A stretch of 64,000 nt of DNA. It comes from Balanoglossus misakiensis. Its lineage: Eukaryota > Animalia > Hemichordata. The stretch is taken from contig CM082594.2 in the NCBI GenBank assembly GCA_040954595.2, positions 580,208-644,207 on the forward strand, given 5' to 3'. Of this stretch, positions 1 to 14,600 are shown in pieces. The notes under the pieces were generated by a model. It was not told where the DNA came from, ran no database searches, and saw nothing but the letters and a program-made list of their open reading frames with translations. Both the position numbers and the translations under genes were made by a program. Each line of letters starts with the position of its first letter. Position 1 is the stretch's first letter.

Positions 1-594
1 GTTTTAACATACAATCAACATGTCATATATGATCAGGGCACCAAATTCGAAGGACAAAGGTGTTTTTATTTTTTTTTCTAAAAATGACATTTTCAAGGAA
101 AATTTGGTAAAACGCAATTTTGTCTGCAGTGAGCCAAATTAGACGGTCTTTTGTGGAATTTGTATCGATATATACATACTAAGAGCATTCTATACTCCAT
201 CAGATTTCCGAAAATGTAGAAAACAGGTATTTTTTGTAATTTTCAAAAATTTACCATTTTGACCAAATTGTGGCTAAAATTGTTATTTTCGTGTTGAATG
301 CCGCCATTGTCACTGCTTTTAAAAGTCATAAAACTTTTAACATACAAGCAATTGTTTATATATGATCAGGTCACCGAATTAATAAAATAAAGAATGTTTT
401 GCCTAAAAATGACCTTTTTGGTGCAAAAACGAATAAAACGCAATTTTGTATTAAATCAGCTCATTCAGAGTGCATTTTTTATAATCAGCACAATGTTTAC
501 ATATAATGGAAATTTCATACATGATCAGATATCCAAATATGAAAAAATGATTTTGATTTTAGATGATTGTCCAAAATTAGCTGATATCTAACAA

Positions 595-835
595 ATGTAG
601 TATTGAACCGTTCTGTTCCCCCCCCCCTTACATTATATGCGGTACGCCGATGTCAGCTTACCCGGCAGTACTGTAGGCCGTGCCCCCAACAAACGTCGGT
701 GTTTGAAACGCCCTGGTTAAATTCGGGCTCTCTCTTTAAATTGACAGGCAATAATGCAGTCCTACCGGAACAAATGTCGAGTGTTGAACCGCTGCGACTT
801 TCCCTGTTCGGTTTGCCCGACTTAGCCAACGTCTT
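595..835. other. Unique linker of the satellite unit: variable poly-C tract plus imperfect hairpins (first copy; present in every unit)
   Basis: 'aatgtag...(C)n...ctacatt' in most copies, a stem 'acgccgatgtcagct...aactaacgtcggtgt' and a palindrome 'ggtgtttgaaacgcc'. It is not part of either subrepeat family. Confidence 0.7.
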
Positions 836-1705
836 TGTACTAGAGTGTCGGGTCTTTTACAGAACCAGGCCGAAGGAAATCCGACTTGATCACCGTTGCT
901 AACGAACGCTAGTGTCGGTCATGGTGTGCCGGGGTTTTAGACGAGCCAGGCCGTAGGAGATCTGACTTGATCATCGTGGTCAATGTACGCGTGTTTCCGC
1001 TCTAAAGTGCCGGGGCTTCAGCTAAACCAGGCCGTAGGAAATCCGATGTAATCACCGTTGATAACTTACGCCAGTCTGTGTCATATAGAGCCGGTGCACC
1101 AGCCTAGTCACGCCGTAGGAAATCTGACTTGATCAACGTGGTCAATGTACGCCTGTTTCTGCTCTAGAGTGCCGGGGCTTCAGCTGAGCCAGGCCGTAGG
1201 AAACCCGACGTGATTACCGTTGTTAACTTACGCCAGTCTGTGTCCTATATATAGTGCCGGGGCATCAGCCGTGCCAGGCCGAAGGAAATGTGAGTAGATC
1301 AACGTGGTCTCTGTACGCGTGTTTCTGCTCTAGAGTGCCAGGGCTTTAGCCAAGCCATGCCGTAGGAAATCTGACTTGATCAACGTTGCTAACGAACGCT
1401 AGTGTCTGTCTTAGTGTGCCGGGGTTTTAGTCGAGCCAAGCCGTAGGAGATCAGACTTGATCAACGTGGTCTCTGTACGCGTGTTTCTGCTCTAGAGTGC
1501 CGGGGCTTTATCCAAGCCATGCCGTAGAAAATCTGACTTGATCACCGTTGCTAACGTACGCTAGTGTCTGTCATATTGTGACGGAGATTTAGCCGAGCCA
1601 GGCCGTAGAAAAATCGACTTGTTCAACGTTACCAGTGTGCAACTGTTTCTGCTCTAGAGTGTTAGGGTTTTAGCCGACTTATGCTGTAGGAAATCTGAGT
1701 TGATG
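835..1705 (+). repeat. GC-rich ~81-bp subrepeat block within the satellite unit (~11 copies; example from unit 1)
   Basis: 'gccg(t/a)agga(a/g)atc' recurs at ~869, 950, 1031, 1111, 1193, 1278, 1359, 1440, 1521, 1602 and 1683. Two subtypes largely alternate ('cgttgctaac' and 'cgtggtc'). Confidence 0.9.
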
Positions 1706-1734
1706 AACGGGAATTCAATGTTAGAAAACCCGTG

Positions 1735-2640
1735 TGGAAAGTATCTCTACCCGTTTGAAACTAAGAAAAGAATTTATTCTTATTTATTTTGTAAAAAAGA
1801 CAATTTTTCGAAAAAAAGTTGAAAATGGTAATTTTGTCTTGGGTGATTCAAATTATACCGCCTTTTCTGGAATTTGCAGCACTTTTTGCAAGAGAACGGC
1901 ACTTCATGCTCCATAATATTTCCGAAAATGAAGAAAATAGTTAATTTTTTATGATTTTTTAAAAATTTACCATTTTTGTCAAAATATGGCCAAAATGGCT
2001 ATTTTTTCTTGAATTCCGTCAATATATCTGCATTTTTGGAGTGGTCGAAAGTTTTAACATACAATCAACATGTCATATATGATCAGGGCACCAAATTCGA
2101 AGAACAAAGGTTTATGTTATTTTTTTTTCTTCTAAAAATGACATTTTCAAGGAAAATTTGGTAAAACGCAATTGTCTGCAGTGAGCCAAATTAGACGGTC
2201 TTTTGTGGAATTTGTATCGATATATACATACGAAGAGCAATCTATACTCCATCAGATTTCCGAAAATGTAGAAAACAGGTATTTTTTGTAATTTTCAAAA
2301 ATTTACCGTTTTGACCAAATTGTGGCTAAAATTGTTATTTTCGTGTTGAATGCCGCCAGTGTCACTGCTTTTAAAAGTCATAAAAACTTTTAACATACAA
2401 GCAATTCTTTATATATGATCAGGTCACCGAATTAAAAAAATAAAGAATGTTTTGCCTAAAAATGACCTTTTAGGTGCAAAAACGAATAAAACGCAATTTT
2501 GTATTAAATCAGAATGCATTTTTTATAATCAGCACCATTTTTACATGTAATGGAAATTTAATACATCATCAGATATCCAAATATGAAAAAAATGATTTAG
2601 ATTTTAGATGATTGTCCAAAATTAGCTGATATCTAATAAA
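1735..2640 (+). repeat. AT-rich degenerate ~165-bp subrepeat block within the satellite unit (~6 copies; example)
   Basis: Related motifs 'ctccataatatttccgaaaa' (~1910), 'tgatcagggcaccaaattc' (~2080), 'ctccatcagatttccgaaaa' (~2247), 'tgatcaggtcaccgaatt' (~2416) and 'catcatcagatatccaaa' (~2564) are spaced ~150-170 bp apart. Confidence 0.75.
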
Positions 2641-5600
2641 TGTAGTATTGAACCGTTCTGTCCCCCCCCCCCCTACATTATATGCGGTACGCCGATGTCA
2701 GCTTACCCAGCAGTACTGCAGGCCGTGCCCCCAACTAACGTCGGTGTTTGAAACGCCCTGGTTAAATTCGGGCTTTCTCTATAAATTGACAGGCAATAAT
2801 GCAGTCCTACCGGAACAAATGTCGAGTGTTGACCCGCTTTGACTTTCCCTCTTCGGTTTGCCCGACTTAGCCAACGTCTTTGTACTAGAGTGTCGGGTCT
2901 TTTGCAGAGCCAGGCCGAAGGAAATCCGACTTGATCACCGTTGCTAACGAACGCTAGTGTCTGTCATGGTGTGCCGGGGTTTTAGTCGGGCCAGGCCGTA
3001 GGAGATCTGACTTGATCATCGTGGTCAATGTACGCGTGTTTCCGCTCTAAAGTGCCGGGGCTTCAGCTAAACCAGGCCGTAGGACATCCGCCGTAATCAC
3101 CGTTGATAACTTACGCCAGTCTGTGTCATATAGAGCCGGTGCACCAGCCGAGTCACGCCGTAGGAAATCTGACTTGATCAACGTGGTCAATGTACGCCTG
3201 TTTCTGCTCTAGAATGCCGGGGCTTCAGCTGAGCCAGGCCGTAGGAAACCCGACGTGATTACCGTTGTTAACTTACGCCAGTCTGTGTCTTATATATAGT
3301 GCCGGGGCATCAGCCGTGCCAGGCCGAAGGAAATGTGAGTAGATCAACGTGGTCTCTGTACGCGTGTTTCTGCTCTAGAGTGCCTTGGCTTTAGCCAAGC
3401 CATGCCGTAGGAAATCTGACTTGATCAACGTTGCTAACGAACGCTAGTGTCTGTCATAGTGAGCCGGGGTTTTAGTCGAGCCAAGCCGTAGGAGATCAGA
3501 CTTGATAAACGTGGTCTCTGTACGCGTGTTTCTGCTCTAGAGTGCCGGGGCTTTATCCAAGCCATGCCGTAGAAAATCTGACTTGATCACCGTTGCTAAC
3601 GTACTCTAGTGTCTGTCATATTGTGACGGACATTTAGCGGAGCCAGGCCGTAGAAAAATCGACTTGTTCAACGTTACCAGTGTGCAACTGTTTCTGCTCT
3701 AGAGTGTCAGGGTTTTAGCCGACTTATGCTGTAGGAAATCTGAGTTGATGAACGGGAATTCAATGTTAGAAAACCCGTGTGGAAAGTATCTCTACCCGTT
3801 TGAAACTAAGAAAAGAATTTATTCTTATTTATTTTGTAAAAAAGACAATTTTTCGAAAACAAGTCGAAAATGGTAATTTTGTCTTGGGTGATTTAAATTA
3901 TACCGCCTTTTCTGGAATTTGCAGCACTTTTTACAAGAGAACGACACTTCATGCTCCATAATATTTCCGAAAAAATAAGAAAAGAGTTAATTTTTTATGA
4001 TTTTTTAAAAATTTACCATTTTTGTCAAAATATGGCCAAAATGGCTATTTTTTCTTGAATTCCGTCAATATCTCTGCATTTTTGGAGTGGTCGAAAGTCT
4101 TAACATACAATCAACATGTCATATATGATCAGGGCACCAAATTCGAAGAACAAAGGTTTTTTTATTTTTTTTTCTAAAAATGACATTTTCAAGGAAAATT
4201 TGGTAAAACGCAATTTTGTCTGCAGTGAGCCAAATTAGACGGTCTTTTGTGGAATTTGTATCGATATATACATACGAAGAGCATTCTATACTCCATCAGA
4301 TTTCCGAAAATGTAGAAAACAGGTATTTTTTTGTAATTTTCAAAAATTTACCATTTTGACCAAATTGTGGCTAAAATTGTTATTTTCGTGTTGAATGCCG
4401 CCAGTGTCACTGCTTTTAAAAATCATAAAAAATTTTAACATACAAGCAATTGTTTATATATGATCAGGTCACCGAATTAAAAAAATAAAGAATGTTTTGC
4501 CTAAAAATGACCTTTTTGGTGCTAAAACGAATAAAACGCAATTTTGTATTAAATCAGAATGCATTTTTTATAATCAGCACCATTTTTACATGTAATGGAA
4601 ATACATCATCAGATATCCAAATATGAAAAAATGATTTAGATTTTAGATGATTGTCCAAAATTAGCTGATATCTAATAAATATAGTATTGAACCGTTCTGT
4701 CCCCCCCCCTACATTATATGCGGTACGCCGATGTCAGCTTACCCGGCAGTACTGCAGGCCGTGCCCCCAACTAACGTCGGTGTTTGAAACGCCCTGGTTA
4801 AATTCGGGCTTTCTCTATAAATTGACAGGCAATAATGCAGTCCTACCGGAACAAATGTCGAGTGTTGACCCGCTGTGACTTTCCCTCTTCGGTTTGCCCG
4901 ACTTAGCCAACGTCTTTGTACTAGAGTGTCGGGTCTTTTGCAGAGCCAGGCCGAAGGAAATCCGACTTGATCACCGTTGCTAACGAACGCTAGTGTCTGT
5001 CATGGTGTGCCGGGGTTTTAGTCGGGCCAGGCCGTAGGAGATCTGACTTGATCATCGTGGTCAATGTACGCGTGTTTCCGCTCTAAAGTGCCGGGGCTTC
5101 AGCTAAACCAGGCCGTAGGACATCCGCCGTAATCACCGTTGATAACTTACGCCAGTCTGTGTCATATAGAGCCGGTGCACCAGCCGAGTCACGCCGTAGG
5201 AAATCTGACTTGATCAACGTGGTCAATGTACGCCTGTTTCTGCTCTAGAATGCCGGGGCTTCAGCTGAGCCAGGCCGTAGGAAACCCGACGTGATTACCG
5301 TTGTTAACTTACGCCAGTCTGTGTCCTATATATAGTGCCGGGGCATCAGCCGTGCCAGGCCGAAGGAAATGTGAGTAGATCAACGTGGTCTCTGTACGCG
5401 TGTTTCTGCTCTAGAGTGCCAGGGCTTTAGCCAAGCCATGCCGTAGGAAATCTGACTTGATCAACGTTGCTAACGAACGCTAGTGTCTGTCATAGTGTGC
5501 CGGGGTTTTAGTCGAGCCAAGCCGTAGGAGATCAGACTTGATCAACGTGGTCTCTGTACGCGTGTTTCTGCTCTAGAGTGCCGGGGCTTTATCCAAGCCA

Positions 5601-8600
5601 TGCCGTAGAAAATCTGACTTGATCACCGTTGCTAACGTACGCTAGTGTCTGTCATATTGTGACGGACATTTAGCGGAGCCAGGCCGTAGAAAAATCGACT
5701 TGTTCAACGTTACCAGTGTGCAACTGTTTCTGCTCTAGAGTGTCAGGGTTTTAGCCGACTTATGCTGTAGGAAATCTGAGTTGATGAAGGGGAATTCAAT
5801 GTTAGAAAACCCGTGTGGAAAGTATCTCTACCTGTTTGAAACTAAGAAAAGAATTTATTCTTATTTATTTTGTAAAAAAGACAATTTTTCGAAAACATGT
5901 CGAAAATGGTAATTTTGTCTTGGGTGATTGAAATTATACCGCCTTTTCTGGAATTTGCAGCACTTTTTACAAGAGAACGACACTTCATGCTCCATAATAT
6001 TTCCGAAAAAATAAGAAAAGAGTTAATTTTTTATGATTTTTTAAAAATTTACCATTTTTGTCAAAATATGGCCAAAATGGCTATTTTTTCTTGAATTCCG
6101 TCAATATCTCTGCATTTTTGGAGTGGTCGAAAGTCTTAACATACAATCAACATGTCATATATGATCAGGGCACCAAATTCGAAGAACAAAGGTTTTTTTA
6201 TTTTTTTTTCTAAAAATGACATTTTCAAGGAAAATTTGGTAAAACGCAATTTTGTCTGCAGTGAGCCAAATTAGACGGTCTTTTGTGGAATTTGTATCGA
6301 TATATACATACGAAGAGCATTCTATACTCCATCAGATTTCCGAAAATGTAGAAAACAGGTATTTTTTTGTAATTTTCAAAAATTTACCATTTTGACCAAA
6401 TTGTGGCTAAAATTGTTATTTTCGTGTTGAATGCCGCCAGTGTCACTGCTTTTAAAAATCATAAAAAATTTTAACATACAAGCAATTGTTTATATATGAT
6501 CAGGTCACCGAATTAAAAAAATAAAGAATGTTTTGCCTAAAAATGACCTTTTTGGTGCAAAAACGAATAAAACGCAATTTTGTATTAAATCAGAATGTAT
6601 TTTTTATAATCAGCACCATTTTTACATGTAATGGAAATACATCATCAGATATCCAAATATGAAAAAATGATTTAGATTTTAGATGATTGTCCAAAATTAG
6701 TTGATATCTAATAAATATAGTATTGAACCGTTCTGTCCCCCCCCCCCCTACATTATATGCGGTACGCCGATGTCAGCTTACCCGGCAGTACTGCAGGCCG
6801 TGCCCCCAACTAACGTCGGTGTTTGAAACGCCCTGGTTAAATTCGGGCTTTCTCTATAAATTGACAGGCAATAATGCAGTCCTACCGGAACAAATGTCGA
6901 GTGTTGACCCGCTGTGACTTTCCCTCTTCGGTTTGCCCGACTTAGCCAACGTCTTTGTACTAGAGTGTCGGGTCTTTTGCAGAGCCAGGCCGAAGGAAAT
7001 CCGACTTGATCACCGTTGCTAACGAACGCTAGTGTCTGTCATGGTGTGCCGGGGTTTTAGTCGGGCCAGGCCGTAGGAGATCTGACTTGATCATCGTGGT
7101 CAATGTACGCGTGTTTCCGCTCTAAAGTGCCGGGGCTTCAGCTAAACCAGGCCGTAGGACATCCGCCGTAATCACCGTTGATAACTTACGCCAGTCTGTG
7201 TCATATAGAGCCGGTGCACCAGCCGAGTCACGCCGTAGGAAATCTGACTTGATCAACGTGGTCAATGTACGCCTGTTTCTGCTCTAGAATGCCGGGGCTT
7301 CAGCTGAGCCAGGCCGTAGGAAACCCGACGTGATTACCGTTGTTAACTTACGCCAGTCTGTGTCCTATATATAGTGCCGGGGCATCAGCCGTGCCAGGCC
7401 GAAGGAAATGTGAGTAGATCAACGTGGTCTCTGTACGCGTGTTTCTGCTCTAGAGTGCCAGGGCTTTAGCCAAGCCATGCCGTAGGAAATCTGACTTGAT
7501 CAACGTTGCTAACGAACGCTAGTGTCTGTCATAGTGTGCCGGGGTTTTAGTCGAGCCAAGCCGTAGGAGATCAGACTTGATCAACGTGGTCTCTGTACGC
7601 GTGTTTCTGCTCTAGAGTGCCGGGGCTTTATCCAAGCCATGCCGTAGAAAATCTGACTTGATCACCGTTGCTAACGTACGCTAGTGTCTGTCATATTGTG
7701 ACGGACATTTAGCGGAGCCAGGCCGTAGAAAAATCGACTTGTTCAACGTTACCAGTGTGCAACTGTTTCTGCTCTAGAGTGTCAGGGTTTTAGCCGACTT
7801 ATGCTGTAGGAAATCTGAGTTGATGAAGGGGAATTCAATGTTAGAAAACCCGTGTGGAAAGTATCTCTACCCGTTTGAAACTAAGAAAAGAATTTATTCT
7901 TATTTATTTTGTAAAAAAGACAATTTTTCGAAAACATGTCGAAAATGGTAATTTTGTCTTGGGTGATTGAAATTATACCGCCTTTTCTGGAATTTGCAGC
8001 ACTTTTTACAAGAGATCGACACTTCATGCTCCATAATATTTCCGAAAAAATAAGAAAAGAGTTAATTTTTTATGATTTTTTAAACATTTACCATTTTTGT
8101 CAAAATATGGCCAAAATGGCTATTTTTTCTTGAATTCCGTCAATATCTCTGCATTTTTGGAGTGGTCGAAAGTCTTAACATACAATCAACATGTCATATA
8201 TGATCAGGGCACCAAATTCGAAGAACAAAGGTTTTTTTATTTTTTTCTTCTAAAAATGACATTTTCAAGGAAAATTTGGTAAAACGCAATTTTGTCTGCA
8301 GTGAGCCAAATTAGACGGTCTTTTGTGGAATTTGTATCGATATATACATACGAAGAGCATTCTATACTCCATCAGATTTCCGAAAATGTAGAAAACAGGT
8401 ATTTTTTTGTAATTTTCAAAAATTTACCATTTTGACCAAATTGTGGCTAAAATTGTTATTTTCGTGTTGAATGCCGCCAGTGTCACTGCTTTTAAAAATC
8501 ATAAAAAATTTTAACATACAAGCAATTGTTTATATATGATCAGGTCACCGAATTAAAAAAATAAAGAATGTTTTGCCTAAAAATGACCTTTTTGGTGCAA

Positions 8601-11600
8601 AAACGAATAAAACGCAATTTTGTATTAAATCAGAATGCATTTTTTATAATCAGCACCATTTTTACATGTAATGGAAATACATCATCAGATATCCAAATAT
8701 GAAAAAATGATTTAGATTTTAGATGATTGTCCAAAATTAGCTGATATCTAATAAATATAGTATTGAACCGTTCTGTCCCCCCCCCCCCCCTACATTATAT
8801 GCGGTACGCCGATGTCAGCTTACCCGGCAGTACTGCAGGCCGTGCCCCCAACTAACGTCGGTGTTTGAAACGCCCTGGTTAAATTCGGGCTTTCTCTATA
8901 AATTGACAGGCAATAATGCAGTCCTACCGGAACAAATGTCGAGTGTTGACCCGCTGTGACTTTCCCTCTTCGGTTTGCCCGACTTAGCCAACGTCTTTGT
9001 ACTAGAGTGTCGGGTCTTTTGCAGAGCCAGGCCGAAGGAAATCCGACTTGATCACCGTTGCTAACGAACGCTAGTGTCTGTCATGGTGTGCCGGGGTTTT
9101 AGTTCGGGCCAGGCCGTAGGAGATCTGACTTGATCATCGTGGTCAATGTACGCGTGTTTCCGCTCTAAAGTGCCGGGGCTTCAGCTAAACCAGGCCGTAG
9201 GACATCCGCCGTAATCACCGTTGATAACTTACGCCAGTCTGTGTCATATAGAGCCGGTGCACCAGCCGAGTCACGCCGTAGGAAATCTGACTTGATCAAC
9301 GTGGTCAATGTACGCCTGTTTCTGCTCTAGAATGCCGGGGCTTCAGCTGAGCCAGGCCGTAGGAAACCCGACGTGATTACCGTTGTTAACTTACGCCAGT
9401 CTGTGTCTTATATATAGTGCCGGGGCATCAGCCGTGCCAGGCCGAAGGAAATGTGAGTAGATCAACGTGGTCTCTGTACGCGTGTTTCTGCTCTAGAGTG
9501 CCAGGGCTTTAGCCAAGCCATGCCGTAGGAAATCTGACTTGATCAACGTTGCTAACGAACGCTAGTGTCTGTCATAGTGTGCCGGGGTTTTAGTCGAGCC
9601 AAGCCGTAGGAGATCAGACTTGATCAACGTGGTCTCTGTACGCGTGTTTCTGCTCTAGAGTGCCGGGGCTTTATCCAAGCCATGCCGTAGAAAATCTGAC
9701 TTGATCACCGTTGCTAACGTACGCTAGTGTCTGTCATATTGTGACGGACATTTAGCGGAGCCAGGCCGTAGAAAAATCGACTTGTTCAACGTTACCAGTG
9801 TGCAACTGTTTCTGCTCTAGAGTGTCAGGGTTTTAGCCGACTTATGCTGTAGGAAATCTGAGTTGATGAACGCGAATTCAATGTTAGAAAACCCGTGTGG
9901 AAAGTATCTCTACCCGTTTGAAACTAAGAAAAGAATTTATTCTTATTTATTTTGTAAAAAAGACAATTTTTCGAAAACATGTCGAAAATGGTAATTTTGT
10001 CTTGGGTGATTGAAATTATACCGCCTTTTCTGGAATTTGCAGCACTTTTTACAAGAGAACGACACTTCATGCTCCATAATATTTCCGAAAAAATAAGAAA
10101 AGAGTTAATTTTTTATGATTTTTTAAAAATTTACCATTTTTGTCAAAATATGGCCAAAATGGCTATTTTTTCTTGAATTCCGTCAATATCTCTGCATTTT
10201 TGGAGTGGTCGAAATTCTTAACATACAATCAACATGTCATATATGATCAGGGCACCAAATTCGAAGAACAAAGGTTTTTTAATTTTTTTTTCTAAAAATG
10301 ACATTTTCAAGGAAAATTTGGTAAAACGCAATTTTGTCTGCAGTGAGCCAAATTAGACGGTCTTTTGTGGAATTTGTATCGATATATACATGCGAAGAGC
10401 ATTCTATACTCCATCAGATTTCCGAAAATGTAGAAAACAGGTATTTTTTGTAATTTTCAAAAATTTACCATTTTGACCAAATTGTGGCTACAATTGTTAT
10501 TTTCGTGTTGAATGCCGCCAGTGTCACTGCTTTTAAAAGTCATAAAAACTTTTAACATACAAGCAATTGTTTATATATGATCAGGTCACCGAATTAAAAA
10601 AATAAAGAATGTTTTGCCTAAAAATGACCTTTTTGGTGCAAAAACGAATAAAACGCAATTTTGTATTGAATCAGAATGCATTTTTTATAATCAGCACCAT
10701 TTTTACATATAATGGAAATTTCATACATCATCAGATATCCAAATATGAAAAAATGATTTAGATTTTAGATGATTGTCCAAAATTAGTTGATATCTAAAAA
10801 ATGTAGTATTGAACCATTCTGTTCCCCCCCCCCCCTACATTATATGCGGTACGCCGATGTCAGCTTACCCGGCAGTACTGCAGGCCGTGCCCCCAACTAA
10901 CGTCGGTGTTTGAAACGCCCTGGTTAATTTTGGGCTTTCTCTATAACTTGACAGGCAATAATGCAGTCCTACCCGAACAAATGTCAAGTGTTGGACCGCT
11001 GTGACTTTCCCTCTTCGGTTTGCCCGACTTAGCCAACGTCTTTGTACTAGAGTGTCGGGTCTTTTGCAGAGCCAGGCCGAAGGAAATCCGACTTGATCAC
11101 CGTTGCTAACGAACGCTAGTGTCTATCATGGTGTGCCGGGGTTTTAGTCGAGCCAGGCCGTAGGAGATCTGACTTGATCATCGTGGTCAATGTACGCGTG
11201 TTTCCGCTCTAAAGTACCGGGGCTTCAGGTAAACCAGGCCGTAGGAAATCCGACGTAATCACCGTTGATAACTTACGCCAGTCTGTGTCATATAGAGCCG
11301 GTGCACCAGCCGAGTCACGCCGTAGGAAATCTGACTTGATCAACGTGGTCAATGTACGCCTGTTTCTGCTCTAGAGTGCCGGGGCTTCAGCTGAGCCAGG
11401 CCGTAGGAAACCCGACGTGATTACCGTTGTTAACTTACGCCAGTCTGTGTCATATATATAGTGCCGGGGCATCAGCCGTGCCAGGCCGAAGGAAATGTGA
11501 GTAGATCAACGTGGTCTCTGTACGCGTGTTTCTGCTCTAGAGTGCCAGGGCTTTAGCCAAGCCATGCCGTAGGAAATCTGACTTGATCAACGTTGCTAAC

Positions 11601-14600
11601 GAACGCTAGTGTCTGTCATAGTGTGCCGGGGTTTTAGTCGAGCCAAGCCGTAGGAGATCAGACTTGATCAACGTGGTCTCTGTACGCGTGTTTCTGCTCT
11701 AGAGTGCCGGGGCTTTATCCAAGCCATGCCGTAGAAAATCTGACTTGATCACCGTTGCTAACGTACGCTAGTGTCTGTCATATTGTGACGGAGATTTAGC
11801 CGAGCCAGGCCATAGAAAAATCGACTTGTTCAACGTTACCAGTGTGCAACTGTTTCTGCTCTAGAGTGTCAGGGTTTTAGCCGACTTATGCTGTAGGAAA
11901 TCTGAGTTGATGAACGGGAATTCAATGTTAGAAAACCCTTGTGGAAAGTATCTCTACCCGTTTGAAACTAAGAAAAGTATTTATTCTTATTTATTTTGTA
12001 AAAAAGACAATTTTTCGAAAAAAAGTCGAAAATGGTAATTTTGTCTTGGGTGATTCAAATTATACCGCCTTTTCTGGAATTTGCTGAACTTCTTACAAGA
12101 GAACGACACTTCATGCTCCATAATATTTCGGAAAATGAAGAAAAGAGTTATTTTTTTATGATTTTTTAAAAATTTACCATTTTAGTCAAAATATGGCCAA
12201 AATGGCTATTTTTTCTGGAATTCCGTCAATATATCTGCATTTTTGGAGTGGTCGAAAGTTTTAACATACAATCAACATGTCATATATGATCAGGGCACCA
12301 AATTCGAAGAACAAAGGTTTTTTTATTTTTTTTTCTTCTAAAAATGACATTTTCAAGGAAAATTTGGTAAAACGCATTTTGTCTGCAGTGAGCCAAATTA
12401 GACGGTCTTTTGTGGAATTTGTATCGATATATCCATACGAAGAGCATTCTATACTCCATCAGATTTCCGAAAATGTAGAAAACAGGTATTTTTTTGTAAT
12501 TTTCAAAAATTTACCATTTTGACCAAATTGTGGCTAAAATTGTTATTTTCGTGTTGAATGCCGCCAGTGTCACTGCTTTTAAAAGTCATAAAAACTTTTA
12601 ACATACAAGCAATTGTTTATATATGATCAGGTCACCGAATTAAAAAAATAAAGAATGTTTTGCCTAAAATGACCTTTTTGGTGTAAAAACGAATAAAACG
12701 CAATTTTGTATTAAATCAGAATGCATTTTTTATAATCAGCACCATTTTTACATGTAATGGAAATTTCATACATCATCAGATATCCAAATATGAAAAAATG
12801 ATTTAGATTTTAGATGATTGTCCAAAATTAGCTGATATCTAATAAATGTAGTATTGAACCGTTCTGTCCCCCCCCCCCCCTACATTATATGCGGTACGCC
12901 GATGTCAGCTTACCCGGCAGTATTGCAGGCCGTGCCCCTAACTAACGTTGGTGTTTGAAACGCCCTGGTTAAATTCGGGCTTTCTCTATAAATTGACAGG
13001 CAATAATGCAGTCCTACCCGAACAAATGTCAAGTGTTAAACCGCTGTGACTTTCCCTCTTCGGTTTGCCCGACTTAGCCAACGTCTTTGTACTAGAGTGT
13101 CGGGTCTTTTGCAGAGCCAGGCCGAAGGAAATCCGACTTGATCACCGTTGCTAACGAACGCTAGTGTCTATCATGGTGTGCCGGGGTTTTAGTCGAGCCA
13201 GGCCGTAGGAGATCTGACTTGATCATCGTGGTCAATGTACGCGTGTTTCCGCTCTAAAGTACCGGGGCTTCAGGTAAACCAGGCCGTAGGAAATCCGACG
13301 TAATCACCGTTGATAACTTACGCCAGTCTGTGTCATATAGAGCCGGTGCACCAGCCGAGTCACGCCGTAGGAAATCTGACTTAATCAACGTGGTCAATGT
13401 ACGCCTGTTTCTGCTCTAGAGTGCCGGGGCTTCAGCTGAGCCAGGCCGTAGGAAACCCGACGTGATTACCGTTGTTAACTTACGCCAGTCTGTGTCATAT
13501 ATATATTTTTTATGATATTTTAAAAATTTACCATTTTTGTCAAAATATGGCCAAAATGGCTATTTTTCTTGAATTCCGTCAATATATCTGCATTTTTGGA
13601 GTGGTCGAAAGTTTTAACATACAATCAACATGTCATATATGATCAGGGCACCAAATTCGAAGAACAAAGGTTTTTTTATTTTTTTTCTTCTAAAAATGAC
13701 ATTTTCAAGGAAAATTTGGTAAAACGCAATTTTGTCTGCAGTGAGCCAAATTAGACGGTCTTTTGTGGAATTTGTATCGATATATACATACGAAGAGCAT
13801 TCTATACTCCATCAGATTTCCGAAAATGTAGAAAACAGGTATTTTTTTGTAATTTTCAAAAAATTACCATTTTGACCAAATTGTGGCTAAAATTGTTATT
13901 TTCGTGTTGAATGCCGCCAGTGTCACTGCTTTTAAAAGTCATAAAAACTTTTAACATACAAGCAATTGTTTATATATGATCAGGTCACCGAATTAAAAAA
14001 ATAAAGAATGTTTTGCCTAAAAATGACCTTTTTGGTGCAAAAACGAATAAAACGCAATTTTGTATTCAATCAGAATGCATTTTTTATAATCAGCACCATT
14101 TTTACATGTAATGGAAATTTAATACATCATCAGATATCCAAATATGAAAAAAATGATTTAGATTTTAGATGATTGTCCAAAATTAGCTGATATCTAATAA
14201 ATGTAGTATTGAACCGTTCTGTTCCCCCCCTACATTATATGCGGTACGCCGATGTCAGCTTACCCAGCAGTACTGCAGGCCGTGCCCCCAACTAACGTCG
14301 GTGTTTGAAACGCCCTGGTTAAATTAAGGCTTTCTCTATAAATTGACAGGCAATAATGCAGTCCTACCGGAACAAATGTCGAGTGTTGACCCGCTTTGAC
14401 TTTCCCTCTTCGGTTTGCCCGACTTAGCCAACGTCTTTGTACTAGAGTGTCGGGTCTTTTGCAGAGCCAGGCCGAAGGAAATCCGACTTGATCAACGTTG
14501 CTAACGAACGCTAGTGTCTGTCATGGTGTGCCGGGGTTTTAGTCGGGCCAGGCCGTAGGAGATCTGACTTGATCATCGTGGTCAATGTACGCGTGTTTCC

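Noticed and set aside
835-1705. 81-bp repeats as a CRISPR array or a 27-aa coding repeat
   Set aside because: There are no unique spacers and no cas genes, the context is eukaryotic, the frames I translated hit stops, and the ORF track shows no ORF spanning the block.
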